The position numbers and the translations under genes were made by a program. This document shows, piece after piece, positions 14,027-29,310 of a stretch of 64,000 bases of DNA (position 1 is the stretch's first letter; each line of letters starts with the position of its first letter). Source of the stretch: Eledone cirrhosa (Eukaryota); NCBI GenBank assembly GCA_964016885.1, contig OZ024743.1:319362001-319426000 (forward strand). The letters run 5' to 3'. The notes below the pieces were generated by a model. The model ran no database searches. It saw only the letters and a program-made list of their open reading frames with translations, and was not told the DNA's origin.

Positions 14027-14258
14027 TATTAAATTATATATGTTGCTCAACGACTCAACAGACCTTAATGTCAAGGAATGGAACTCACGGTGTTACGATC
14101 AGGAGCCAAACCAGTAATCCAAGAAAAGAAATTGCTGGAAACTTGCCTTCTATCACGAGGTAATATAGATAAAGAAGAAATCAGATAAACATTATTTTCC
14201 TGACTGGCCGTTGCTCTCTCTCTCTTTCTCACTCACGCACACACACACACTCCCCTCC

Positions 14259-14299
<41 letters not shown>

Positions 14300-14392
14300 C
14301 ACACACATATATATATATATAATTATATATATATATAAACCGAGAAATTATATATTTATATATATATATATATAAACCGAGAAATTATATAT

Positions 14393-14573
14393 CGGTGAAT
14401 TGGCAGTATCGGTAGAGGGTTGGACGCCATGCTTTCTAGCATAGTTACGTCCCTTTACAGTCTGAGTTCAAATCCCGCCGAGGTTAACTTTGCCTTTCAT
14501 CCTTACGGGGTCGATAAAATAAAGTACCAGTAATGTACTGGATAGTTGCTGGCCTTGTGCCTAAAGTAGAAAC

Positions 14574-14580
<7 letters not shown>
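14393..14580 (+). mobile_element. SINE family A
   Basis: Near-identical to 13839-14026. Confidence 0.9.
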
Positions 14581-14610
<30 letters not shown>

Positions 14611-14988
14611 CTCGGTTTTCAAGAGGCGATGCTGTTTGTTAGACAACAAGTTGGCAGCAGATAGCGAGCCACGTACCACCAACTTTTGAAACAGACTGCA
14701 GACCAGACCAGACCACACGCACAAATAAATATATATCAGACTTATTTGTTAACTGACCCAATTTCTTTTCTTCTTCAAAATACTTTCATCATACGGAATC
14801 CATGTCCTTCATATTTAATAGTCTGTCGCAAGAATAAATAAATAACGAAAGATAGAAAGAAAGAAAGAAAGAAAAGAAAAAAAACTAAATGAAATAACAG
14901 TTTGAGATATTCATTTTTCCTTCCTTTTTTTCTCACACTCTCTCCCTTTCAATATCTTTCCATTTATCTATCTATATCTCTATTCCCA

Positions 14989-15045
<57 letters not shown>

Positions 15046-15146
15046 ATATATATGATGTTTATTGTATAATACATGTTTATATGTTTTCATATACACCATA
15101 TATATATGTATATATACAAGCACATACACATGCATATATGTTTGAG

Positions 15147-15267
<121 letters not shown>

Positions 15268-15399
15268 CAGCTCCCTCGCGTTCGACTATAGCCATTGCTT
15301 GAATTTTTTAATATATTTTATGTGTGTTGCTCGGACGTGACTTTTTAGGCCAACAAGAGTCCTACATTTTCTAGCACAGATGTTATAGACATGACCTTT

Positions 15400-16010
15400 G
15401 GCAGCAGGCATCGCTGGCTGGCTGTCATGTACTTTCCTGTGCCGTTTCAGGCCTCCTGCTGATTGGCAAACTTGACTCCATTGATAGCAGAGTATTTAAC
15501 CATGCACACCAACGTAATCTGCATCAGCCCTTTTCAAATGGCTCTTTTTGTGTCTCTTTAATCCAGCTTTGCTGAGGCAGGCTCTTCCACACTCATTGCA
15601 TGTCAGGCCCTTCCTCACATCCCTTTTTAACCTTTCATAATTTCTTCGGACCGTTTCAAAGTGTACGTTCCCTTCATATAGTTCGATCATTGGCAGCTTG
15701 TTCACAATTTCCATAAAAGATTTAATTTATGAGGTGGACGTTTGTCATCCCTCAGATCACCAGAAGTTGTTGTTTTGATAATCTACTGGCTTCCATTCTC
15801 ACCAAATATCCCATCAATCAGAGACGGCGTTGCAAGATAGTCGACTCAATACTCCGACAGTGACTTCTTTCAAGGGCCTCAACATCACTCACATTCATCC
15901 TCCAGTGTAAACCCAAGATTCAACGAAGGCACTGCTTTTTAAAGCGCTCCAGCTCTCTTAAATTCTTTCGGTAAGTAACCCACGAAGTATAAGCGTAAAG
16001 TAGAGATGTC
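15400..16010 (-). pseudogene. RTE-clade LINE 3' fragment with terminal C2H2 zinc finger
   Basis: ORF 15496-15714 contains CNECGRACLSKAGLKRHKKSH; upstream degenerate QCLR.ILG motif. Confidence 0.7.
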
Positions 16011-16079
16011 AATGCACAAATCACGTAGATCTTAACTTATGTATCAATATAGATACCTCGCTGAGACCAACGTAGCTTT

Positions 16080-17612
16080 TCCAGCTTTCATTTTCACGGG
16101 GGTACAGTATACGTAAAGTATGCCAAAATGCACAGACCTGTCCACCACTAAGAGATCCATACACACTTATGCCTTGTTCAAACTCACCCGATTCGACGTA
16201 CACCAACTCCTATCTATCATCGTGGACAACACCTTCACCTTCCATCACCTCACCTACAAACAGACAACAAGCCTACCTATGGGATCTAGCTTGTCAGGGC
16301 TACTGCCCATCACCTACATGAACCAGCTGGATCATCGTGCGCTGAACACCTGCTACATATATATTTTCTTCAACAGGTACATAGATGATATTCTAATCAT
16401 CACATCCTTCCGTGAAGATTCCAACACGATATCTATGATGCGCGCGAACATGGACGGTAGCATACGGTTCAGCGTAGAACACCCTGACAACACTGGTTCC
16501 CTGTATCTACTCAATTCCAACTGAAGATGACGGACGAGGGTGACTTCCACACCAACTTCAACAGAAAAGCTGCTTGTACATTGGCTCTCCCGGAACAAAT
16601 GCAGCAAGGCAGAAAACCAAGCCACCCATACGGCACATTTCCTGGAAGTACTTAAAGTCAATTGACACGCAACATCCACCGTGAATCGTCTTAGGAGCTG
16701 AGACGCCGGAAAGATAGGAGCCTTTCAAACACCTGCTTCTTGAAACTACCAAACTTCAGTGAAAATCTAACCCCGGTGATCTGCAAAGTCACCCACAAAG
16801 AGGGACCAAACATGCTATTAGCCCACTCCAGCCCTCCACTACGAGACCTCCTATCGAAAAAGCAACCCAGGGAACACAACACCCAATGCACGCTGACAAA
16901 CTGTCCCATTCGTGATACAGGTATGCGCCTACGAACATTTGTACTGCATTCTTTTACATTGGCAGTACCGCTAGATCTTTCCATCTCTGCATTAAAGAAC
17001 ATCTCAATAAACACGCATCTTCCTTCAGGAAACATTTAGACAAATGCAAAAACAACAACAAAAACATAACAGTTAATATTAAAACCAGGGAGAGGGACTT
17101 AGGCAACCTTATAAATAAAGAAGGAATACTAATAGCTAGGCTAAACCCACAAATCAGTACGCTATACTTAACATAAAAGTGCACACATGCATAATAGCTA
17201 ACTCTAAAGACAATTACAATAATACACATTACATTCGACATATACACGCCCGCATACATATAACTCAATCCGGAATAGCAAAACTATCTGATCTATTGCA
17301 TAACAATTTGATGTAAAAACATAATCAAAAGCACATAGCTTTTGACAGAAAAACGCACACACAACATTGTACACGTCAGTCCACAAGTGACGTCGCTTCT
17401 GGTAGCTTAAAAACGAACAAAGAAAAAAATGGCGGACCAATAACAACAACAATACAGGAACTCCGACACAGTTTCTTATTATAGTCTCCTGACGAAGGGT
17501 TTCGGGTTTCAGACCCGAAATATTAGGGCAGGTAAATAAAATAACAGGTGACGCACCATCTTTGTTGCCATAAATTTATTTCGATATCGACTCGCAGCCT
17601 TCAAATAACATA
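16080..17612 (+). mobile_element. Penelope-like retroelement (RT and GIY-YIG remnants, 3' pLTR with hammerhead)
   Basis: YKQTTSLPMGSSLSG and RYIDDI RT motifs; KEGILIARLNPQI C-terminus; hammerhead plus AATAAA at 17485-17540. Confidence 0.85.
17485..17530 (+). ncRNA. Minimal type-I hammerhead ribozyme motif
   Basis: CTGACGA-A-GGGT...ACCC-GAAA-TAT-TA, short stem I, AATAAA about 10 nt downstream. Confidence 0.65.
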
Positions 17613-17661
17613 TTGCTCTCTCTCCCCTTCCCTCCATCTCTCTCTCTTTCTCTCTCCCTCT

Positions 17662-17813
<152 letters not shown>

Positions 17814-17851
17814 GTAAATATATATATATATGTATAATGTATATATATATA

Positions 17852-17898
<47 letters not shown>

Positions 17899-17940
17899 AT
17901 ATATATATATATAGCAACATGACCCTCCCAAAGTATAACA

Positions 17941-19545
<1,605 letters not shown>

Positions 19546-19551
<6 letters not shown>

Positions 19552-19893
19552 GTGAGGTTTTTTTTTTACAAAATGAAAAATAACCGAGGTGTCCTACACG
19601 AGTGGAAGTATAAAGAAAAAGGGATGAAATCGAAAATGCAACTGAAGTCTTATTTTTTTTAAAAATATATATATTTATTTGGTTCCTTTACCGGTTTCGC
19701 AGTTCTTCTGCTTTTCAAAAGGTGAGTTGAGATGGAGGGTCTGTGGTTTAAAAAACCACAGACCCTCCATCTCAACTCACCTTTTGAAAAGCAGAAGAAC
19801 TGCGAAACCGGTAAAGGAACCAAATAAATATATATATTTTTAAAAAAAATAAGACTTCAGTTGCATTTTCGATTTCATCCCTTTTTCTTTATA
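19546..19893. mobile_element. Fold-back hammerhead element family F1, copy 1, in (TA)n
   Basis: ~141-bp near-perfect arms (19609-19749 and 19753-19893) plus a ~63-bp unpaired tail; hammerhead at 19780-19817 (+) and 19685-19722 (-). Confidence 0.85.
19780..19817 (+). ncRNA. Minimal hammerhead, U3-A8 core variant
   Basis: CCTT-TTGAAAA-GCAG aagaa CTGC-GAAA-CCGG-TA-AAGG. Confidence 0.7.
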
Positions 19894-19928
19894 TATATAT
19901 ATATATAGATATATATGTATAATGTATA

Positions 19929-19965
<37 letters not shown>

Positions 19966-20044
19966 GTATGTATATATATATATATATATATTAATAATGT
20001 ATATATATATATATATATATGTATAATGTATATATATATGGATA

Positions 20045-20082
<38 letters not shown>

Positions 20083-20086
20083 ATAA

Positions 20087-20218
<132 letters not shown>

Positions 20219-21529
20219 CATATATATATATACATTATACACACATATATATATACATGCGCGCACACTAACACAGTCACACATATCTATATCTTTCACA
20301 AAATATAAAATTGACATTTTATAATGTTTTTTGTCGGTGGAAGTTTTCGTCTCTTAATAATCTTTTTTAAATCTTTTAAATCTCTTTTCTTAATTTATTC
20401 TGAGTTATGTTTAAATCCCATTTTAGTGTGGAATGTGGTAATGAAATTATAAATATATTCAAACGTTTTATTTAAAGAAAATATACAATATAAATAAACA
20501 TACGTGTAAAGTTACAGTGAGACAAGCTAATTAATATTAATGTTTATTGAAGTGTTAATTAGTTTAAGTAAAAACAAATACTTCGTTTTTGTATTTGTTT
20601 TGTAAGATTCTTGATGTGAAATCATGTGTTGGAATAGATACAGTTGTGCTTTGGACGCGGCATGTTGCCACTAAAAACATACGCATCGGCTGGTGTTTTA
20701 AAACATTGAATCCATTCACAGAATAGTGAAATAATATTTGCATCATTGTTGTGGTTGAAGATAGTTATTCTCTGAAGCAGGGAATAGGATAGACCTCTGT
20801 CGCTTTCATAGATGAGTCTTCCAGTTGCTCGATCAATGGAACAGCATAATTATGAAATTAATGTGTACGTAGCTGAGCATTCAAAGACACGTGTGTCTTT
20901 ATCGTAATTCGCGGAGACATTTGCGTGACACCGTATGTGACATGGCTGGTTATTTGAACCACAAGTACAACCCATTCCACGGGTTTTCAAACAGTTTCCG
21001 TCAAACCAAATGTCAATCACATGGCTAATATCGACCCAATATTATGGTAAATGACCTTTGTCCAGGATCCCACCCAATAATATCGAACCCGAGATGTAAT
21101 GGTTGCCAAGCTATCTTCTTAACGTTCCTCAAGGCAACAAAGGAGCAAGCACATAAGATTAATTTTATAATTACCACAATTTCCTTTAAGCATAACTTAT
21201 TAGAATGTCTAACTTATTAGAAGCTATACGGAATTCTACTTTGCAATGAATATATATATCATGCATTCTTTTTGTGAAGAGCACCCAACATGACTACCCA
21301 AGTAATACTGCCACAGTGATGTGGGTGAGCTTTCTCCTGTGTGGTAGATCCCATTTGCAAGCCACATTGTCGACCCTGTGGACACGATGGAAAAAACGTT
21401 TCCACGGTGATGGCAAGGGAGGTGCGTTACAGCCATTCCAGCTCGCAGGACTCAATTTTGCGGGTGGCCAATTCCACTCAGATATTGATTGGGAAGGTGT
21501 TTAGTGGGGGAGGGGGAAAACGCCGGAAG

Positions 21530-21920
21530 TCTCCACTGCTACAGGCTTGACCGCACACCTATCCTCAGCCGAAATCGACTCAACAATTGATATTCACGTG
21601 GGTTTGTCGTTCATTGCCGTTGCCAAGTCCTGGATTTCAATACCAGAATCTCTGGAGATTACATCGGGATAGGAGAGCTTGCGCCCCCTGTTATTAGTGA
21701 CTGCTTATGGTTTCCAAAGCACTAGTGGGGACACAGCCTCAGAAGTGGCATGATGGCAGTAGCCAGCAAATCTTACTCTCATTTTACGTACAGCAACAGA
21801 TATGCGTGGGAGGCCGGCATATATTTCTTTCAAAGTCAGAGAGCGATCGATACCTCTACATTTTGCCCTCTTCGGCCTGACGACTAACGAAACCTGGGTT
21901 ACACGCACATTCCAGAAATA
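21530..21920 (-). pseudogene. RTE-like LINE 3' fragment
   Basis: EIYAGLPRIS...RVRFAGYCH...LVLWKP, then GRKLSYPDVISRD. Confidence 0.7.
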
Positions 21921-22314
21921 GAATATCTTTAATATGAAACACTTCAAAAGTTATATGAATGGAATGAATGTAGAAAAATATGGATATTAATTAGCACCAA
22001 AATCACTGAAAATTGCACAAAGAAATTATATATTATCACAAGATACTGTAAGTCACACACTGTTTTTGGAATGTATATTTTTGTTAAATATTGGCAAAAA
22101 ACAAACGAACAAAGAAAAAAGAACAAAAAGAAGACTGCTTGGTAAGCTGTATTATATTAAATGACATTCTAAAGTTTTATACATAAGTTGTCTGAGCCAA
22201 ACTGAGAGCAATCTGACATAATAAACAATACACATCTGTTGACCTATAGAAAAATGCAGAAATATCGAACATATGCTTAAAGATATAAAATACTGACATA
22301 AAAATACTATGGCA

Positions 22315-22620
22315 AAATGTGTGAAGGCGTCTGGTCTGAAGTGTTTGGCTCACGATCGTAAGTTCGTGATTTCGATTCTCAGTAGCGTCTTGCATCCTTA
22401 AACAAAACACTTTATTTCGCGTTGCTTGTTCGAGTCTACTCAGCTGAAAAACGCGAGTTATACCTGTAATTCAAATAGCCAGCCACCACGCACATTGTCA
22501 TGCTGAAGAGCCCCGGAAACTACGTTAGTAGTGGAAGGGCCTATGGTATTATCTGTCACTTTTACACTAATTTCATGAGCAGGCTGTTCGGTTGATCAAA
22601 CTGGACCGCTATTGGTAGGA
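22315..22620 (+). mobile_element. SINE family B
   Basis: ggctcacgatcgtaagttcgtgatttcgattc...aaaacactttatttcgcgttgct...cagctg. Confidence 0.7.
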
Positions 22621-22644
22621 ACCTAAGGAGGTCCAACACATGTT

Positions 22645-22800
22645 AAAATGTGGAAACTGCGTGGAAAAGTCAAATGTGGAAGTTGCCTATAAAAGTCAAA
22701 TGTGGAAGTTGCCTGTAAAAGTCAAATGTGGAAGTTGCCTGTAAAAGTCCAATGTGGAAATTACGTGTAAAAATCAAATCTGAAAGATACATGAAAAGGT
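22645..22800. repeat. ~27-bp minisatellite, about 5 copies
   Basis: aaaagtcaaatgtggaagttgcctgta repeated. Confidence 0.85.
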
Positions 22801-23343
22801 AGGGATATCTATATATAAGCGAAGTTAGATGAACAACATTTTCCGTCTATCGTGTTTATCTCCCGTAATTAGAGGTTTTTCTCATTTGATTTTAATATAA
22901 TATAATATATATACAATAGCATAATAGTTTATGGTAAAAAATATATAATTTAATAATTCCTTGATTACAATATTCTTTGTAAAGATGCTTGAATCTTTAA
23001 TTTTTCTTGATCTTTACTTTATTGTCACTTGGGCCATCGCTGTATTCATTTTACAGTCATTTAAATCAATTACAATAACTCTGATCCATATTTATTTTAA
23101 TCATTATCAAACATGTATCCACTAAAGTACGATGATTTTTGTTCTATCTGTATATCTATCTTTTAACTGCTGTGGAGATCTGGGATTTGTTCTTGTTATT
23201 GTTGCTCTTATCCGACGATAGATATATTGGTAAATATACATAAATAGATATCTATAGAATTACAGTCACACATACAGATATACTGGTAGACGGACACATA
23301 GGTAGAGACGTAGATAGGTAGATATATAGACAATTAAATAGAA

Positions 23344-23385
<42 letters not shown>

Positions 23386-23388
<3 letters not shown>

Positions 23389-23950
23389 TGGCGTAGCTAG
23401 GGTAAACGGAGCCCAGGGCAAGCATCAAAATTGCCCCCCCCCCCTCTCCATCAAAAAGTCAAGATCTACAAAGACGAAATTGCGGTAGAATTTATTATAA
23501 AAAAACAAAAAACGGTTACAACTTGATTTTTCGGGCTTTTATTGAGGCAAACTGGTTGATAATTTCCTCGAAATCAGTTCGTTCAAACTCTTCGATTTCT
23601 ACACTCAAAAGAGCGAGGTCAGTCAGCCGTTGTTGGCCCATTGAGGTTCGCAAATACGAATGTATTAGCTTCAGCTTGCTGAACGACCTCTCGTAACTGG
23701 CAATTGAAATAGAAATCCTCAACATTATTTGAATACTGATTCGCAAATTGGGAAAAACACATTCATTGCCGTATTGTATCATGAATTGGAGAAGTGCCTC
23801 CGACTTTAAAATTGGGTCAGCTGTCCTAGTAGCCAGCAAAGATCGGCAGTCCAAGATTTGCTCATACAATTGCTCTCCGTCGATGTCGGAGTTGTATAGT
23901 TCCGCAATGTTATTATTAATATTCGAAAAACTCAGATTACATTTATTGTA
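23386..23950 (-). mobile_element. hAT DNA transposon 3' end (transposase dimerisation domain and terminal repeat)
   Basis: ORF 23516-23869 has FPNL...ERSFSKLKLIHSYLRTSMGQQRLTDLALLSVE; terminus CAGTGGCGTAGCTAGGG at 23386. Confidence 0.9.
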
Positions 23951-23987
23951 TTCAGCAATGTAGAGCGAAAGATGTTCCTTTTTTATT

Positions 23988-24051
<64 letters not shown>

Positions 24052-24058
<7 letters not shown>

Positions 24059-24409
24059 GTGAGGTTTTTTTTACAAAATGAAAAATAACCGAGGTGTCCT
24101 ACACGAGTGAAAGTATAAAGAAAAAGAGATGAAATCGAAAATGCAACTGGAGTCTTATTTTTTAAAAAAATATATATATTTATTTGGTTCCTTTACCGGT
24201 TTCGCAGTTCTTCTGCTTTTCAAAAGGTGAGTTGAGATGGAGGGTCTGTGGTTTTTCTCACATCTGATGTGAGAAAAACCACAGACCCTCCATCTCAACT
24301 CACCTTTTGAAAAGCAGAAGAACTGCGAAACCGGTAAAGGAACCAAATAAATATATATATTTAAAAAAAAAATAAGACTCCAGTTGCATTTTCGATTTCA
24401 TCTTTTTTT

Positions 24410-24416
<7 letters not shown>
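24052..24416. mobile_element. Fold-back hammerhead element family F1, copy 2, in (TA)n
   Basis: Same sequence as 19546-19893; ~151-bp arms around a 1-nt loop at 24265; hammerheads at 24303-24340 (+) and 24190-24227 (-). Confidence 0.85.
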
Positions 24417-24454
<38 letters not shown>

Positions 24455-24589
24455 GTTAACTTATGAAATATTGGGAAATTTTGAAATTTGAATTGTTGTT
24501 GTCCCAATGTAAATAGTTATGTCAATAGTCGATTGTAATAAATGATAGTTGACAAAATCTTCTAAAGTATCTTAGGAGCTAGGAAAAAA

Positions 24590-24880
24590 TGTACAGTGCT
24601 GCCTTGTTCACTTTCGTTTGCTCGTGAAATTAACGTGTATTTGTAAGTGGCTGAGCATTTCACATACACGTGTACCCCAAACACAGTTCCCATGCAGATT
24701 CAATGTGACATATTGTGTGGTAGGTTTTCACTTTTTGAATTACAGTTAAAACTCGGTTTTTTCTAGCTGAGCAGACTGGAGTTAACGTGAAATAAAATGT
24801 TTTTTCTCAAGGACACAACGCACCATCATGTAATCGACCTTACGACTGTGAACCAAATACCCTAACAATGAGCCACACTC
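24590..24880 (-). mobile_element. SINE family B
   Basis: agctgagcagactggagttaacgtgaaataaaatgttttttctcaaggacacaacgc is the reverse complement of the core. Confidence 0.7.
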
Positions 24881-24961
24881 GTCACAGCTTAGGCAAATTT
24901 CTCTAATATCATACTCCTTTTGATGTTAGAATTGTTCAGTGTTTGTGTATACATGTGTCGC

Positions 24962-25218
24962 CAGTGGCGGACTAGCCAGGTTGCTAGGTTGCCAGGTTGC
25001 CAAGTTGCCAGGTTGCCCAATGGCAAGTGGGCCCCAGGGGGCCCACCCTTGCATTGCAGGGCAAATAGTTGGAATCAGTGGGTGTACATTCTACTAAATC
25101 TAAAGCTTAGTGTGTGCATTCATGCATGCAAACATACATATATAGACACAGACACACAAGCATATATATATATATATATGCTTGTGTGTCTATATATATA
25201 CTTATATATTTATACACT

Positions 25219-25250
<32 letters not shown>

Positions 25251-25665
25251 TATAAACTTACATATTCTTACACACGAACTTCTGACCAAATAATATTTAG
25301 TATCAATGGGTTAAAGACATCTGTAAAATCAATTAGTGGTGAAGGTGGTGTATATATAAACACATGCGCGCGCGCACGCACACACACACACATATATATA
25401 TATATATTGAGTGAGCGTGAAAGACCAAAAGTCATGGTTGAGAGTCTCTGGATTTCGCAAAATACATAATATTTTTTATTGGAGAAGATAAGATATCCCC
25501 CCCCCCCCCCAAAAAAAAAAAATTTGATTGCACTGTTTTGTTTCCACTTATGTATTTTTTGAAAATGTTATTTATTCATTATCAAAATTAAATGATAGCA
25601 TTCTATATGTAGGTGGGCCCTTTCATCTCCTGGCAACCAATATTTTAAAACCCAGTCCGCCACTG
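24962..25665. mobile_element. hAT-type MITE with 8-bp TSD
   Basis: TIR CAGTGGCGGACT / AGTCCGCCACTG; TSD TGTGTCGC at 24954-24961 and 25666-25673; subterminal CCAGGTTG repeats. Confidence 0.92.
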
Positions 25666-27949
25666 TGTGTCGCCATATATACCTAATCATGGCGATACAT
25701 TGCAAATGAGAGGAATCACTCTCGCTTATCAAAGAGTCGTATCATAACCATCACCAGAGATAAAATATATAGTTTTTCAATCCCTTCCTATATGTCTCCC
25801 CACTTTTTAAAATATTGTACTTTCTTCATGTTTGTTTGAAATTACTTTATTATATTTAATTTTGTCATATTAAGCTCCCGTCTTCACAAAATAGGGATAG
25901 TCTTTTTTCACTTCTTGTTGGTTTTCATATATATTTTCTTCTCAATGGTGTTTAGTGGGTGTAGGTGAGAGGTCATTTATTGTATTAGAGCCGAGCCCGG
26001 TATTTCTCAACGGTGTCGAAACTAAAAAGAAAAAAAAGGATAATAATAAAGTTTATTTAGTGTACTGCTGTTTGAGTTTATTACTGTGAAAAGAATGTCT
26101 TGGTGGGGCTTGTATTTAGTTTTTACTTCTCGGAAAAGTTTGCTTGCTCGTAGCCAGAAGGTATATTTCTTTTATAGTCGCTTGTGTAGTCTTTGTAGTT
26201 CTTTGAGGTTCAGGGCAGTATTACGTAAGTGATAAAGGAGGGAAAAGAGATGGAGTGAGAAAGATAGACGTGAGGTAAAAAGAGCGAACTAAAGGGAGCT
26301 GAAAGAACAAAATAGAGATAAAACTTGTTTAAAACGGTATTCGCTTTGTGTTTTATTGCCATTTGGGTAGACACTGGTGTGTGCGGGCTGAGTGGAAAGT
26401 GGGTGTTAAAGCTAGACTTAGATTGCCTGCAATGCAAAGGAGAGGAAGATAGTTAAATACCGAAGCCTAACCGACTGCTTCCTCTTTGTACCGGTCTCCG
26501 TCGAGACCTCTTGTGTCGTTGATCTCCATACTGCTGATTTCCATCATAAAATCGAAAAGACGGTGACCTGCTTAAGGAGGGAGGCCCGTGGGGTGGGATG
26601 GGGGGCAGCGTGTGTCCTGGCCATTCTCCGCGGTAATGCCTTTGTTGAGGCACCGTTCAAACTAGGGTGTAGTGTCTGTTCCTCCCACTCTCTCGTTCTT
26701 TCTTTGCTTGATCCTTCTTTCATTTTCTTCTTTTCTTTTTTTTATTCCATTTAATAGCGTGTTTTGTTTTTAGATGAGGATTAGAATTAGAATTAGTAAG
26801 ATTAGGGGAAGGGGCGCGAATATTCAGACTACAAGTATCATATAATCTTTTTAAATCCACGTTGATTGGTTTTAATCATGGTCAATTTTTTTTACTTGTT
26901 TTATTGCTTCTATTACGAGATATATGTTGTATAAAATTCTCAGATATCTCCGTTTATTTGAACACAACACACAATTCAGTCCAGGAACCGCACCTACTAC
27001 ATTGTGATTGTAAGGCCAACACCCTTACCACTAAGCCACGAGCCACCACATTCAAATTAATCGAAAAAGAAAATGTCGGTTGATAAAGAAAGAGGAACTT
27101 GTGAATCCTAAGCTCTTTATATAGTGGACGCCATTTGATGATAGAATGCCAAAGATTTTACTATGGTAAAGCGAAATCTTTCGATTGGAAAAGAATGAGA
27201 AGGATTGGATTAATTCAAGAATCAAATATATATATATATATATGTATATATTGAGACAACTGGCCTTAAATATTCAGACGCACGCAAAGACGCATAGACA
27301 CATTCAAACACAACATACACTCACATAAATACGCACACACACGGGATTCAGCACACATGAATCTATGTGTGTGTGTTTGTATGTGTGTGTGTGCCTTTGT
27401 GTGTGTGTGTTTGTAAATGTGTGTGTGTGTGAGTGTGTTTGTAAGTGTGTGTGTTTGTGTGTGTGCGTGTGCCTATGTGTGCGATCGTAATGTGTTTGCA
27501 TGTGTGACTATATATATGTTTGTCTATGATGTATGTTGATATGAAAGATATGTAACATGCTTGATAATATATGCATTCATCTTATTTAAGCAGATATTTC
27601 TGGTAAATGTCTCCTCGTAGATGATGCAATCAACTTGCAAAAATGTTGAATATTCTCTCTTCACCCTGTTTTAAGAGGAAATAAAACTGTCAGTAACCAT
27701 TTATAAACATCACATTGGAAATTGGAATATCTGGGCTAACAGTTAGCAAGAACATTTTATCTTCTTTTATAGCATCCTGAACAAACACTCATATAGTTAT
27801 GTAGCCCACCAGGTCAAATAGAGAAGAGTTCTGCTAAGCATATCAATTGACAAAAAAACATACCATTGTTCTAGCTCTAAGCACAAAACAGATAATATAT
27901 AATTTTACGCTTAAACGTTTCATATCTTTCGTAAAAGACGTTTTTTTAT

Positions 27950-28165
27950 GATTGTATTACATCTCTCTCTCTCCATCCTTCTAACCTCTGTTTTTCCAAT
28001 CTCCTCTTTCTCTCCAGGCTTTGCTCTTTCCGATGAAGGAGTTATGCCCGATACGTTCAGACATGTATATATTTCTTTTTTTTTCTTTATCTTCATTCCC
28101 AACAAGCGTGTACCTAATAAGACTTTGAGATTTTGCATCTGTGTTAGTCTCGTTTATACTTGAAC
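27950..28165 (+). mobile_element. Penelope-like pLTR remnant with decayed hammerhead
   Basis: ccgatgaaggagttatgcccgatacg is a mutated form of the 9641 motif; shared tail aagcgtgtacctaataagactttg. Confidence 0.6.
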
Positions 28166-28245
<80 letters not shown>

Positions 28246-29310
28246 ACACAAGAGATGTTTCCAAGAAGACTTCTAAGATACTACTGCTTCAAATATAACA
28301 ACTTCAGATACTCGAACAAATGATGGCGACTACGATGAGCTCGACCTGCTAATAAATAGAAGCCAAATCTCTCTTAAATTACAACCCACTTTCTATAAAT
28401 AGGAAAACACATTAATCAATCAAATCCCTGAACACAAAAGACAAAATGATCGCATTTAGGTCACTTTTGATCAGGAGTCATCTCGAACATAGTTGAATAA
28501 ACGACATCACCTTCCGTAATACAAGTCAATGACGGAGTGTATAAGTGATTGCTCTATTTATTAGAAGCAGCAGCCCAATCTTTCTCAAATCACACCACAT
28601 TGGACCATAAAGTCCCTTAATGCAAAATAGGAGATGATGACGTCTAGAGTGCCGTTCAAGGCTAATCTGGAAAATATTTCCCTAAGTTAATTATTAAGGA
28701 AAAGTTGGCTGAGCTTTTATTATCAACCGTTATCATCTTTGGGTGTAATTTTATCGTGTTTAAATATTAGTTACGTGCAAAGTCAGTTTTTTAGCGTGAT
28801 TTGGAAGCTCTTAAAAATATATGTTTTTAAAAGAGTAATGGATTAAAAACTTCCCAAGGAAGATATGGAAGTGATTATCTACAACTTTGGTAGAGATGTG
28901 TTTTGCATAAAAAAGAAGTTATCAGAATGAGAGAAAAATAGCTGGAGGAAGTGGAAAACAGTTACTGTTAGTAAAACAACGAATACAGACTTGTTTGTTA
29001 GATGTTTTTCCCACTTCAAAGCTTAAGGAATATACCCTACAGCGGCTGTAAACGCCATTTTATTTAGTTCGTCTTTTAATTGGATGAAGTTAAAATGTTA
29101 AAAAACAACATATATCTAAATCAATATATCATACATGTGTGTTTCAGAAATGAAAATACTCTTGTATAAAATTATCTTTAAGATCCCATTTAGAAAGGCC
29201 TCATTTAATCGACAAAATTCCTTGAGAAAAGGATTGAAAGTTTCTGTCAATGCGAGACAAGAAATTAAGTACGCAATTCATATTCTTATACTATAATTTC
29301 ATTTATAAAA

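Noticed and set aside
19609-19893. Hairpins as Tc1/mariner MITEs or pre-miRNAs
   Set aside because: Variable apex, one-sided tail and embedded hammerhead do not fit MITEs; arms are too long and perfect for typical pre-miRNAs.
21240-21530. Gypsy gag-like WTRWKKRF motif with polypurine tract
   Set aside because: Too short, and no LTR or other domains visible.
25850-26800. Unique-looking GC-moderate region as an exon or transposon ORF1
   Set aside because: No recognisable motif or sustained ORF; cannot be assigned without a search.
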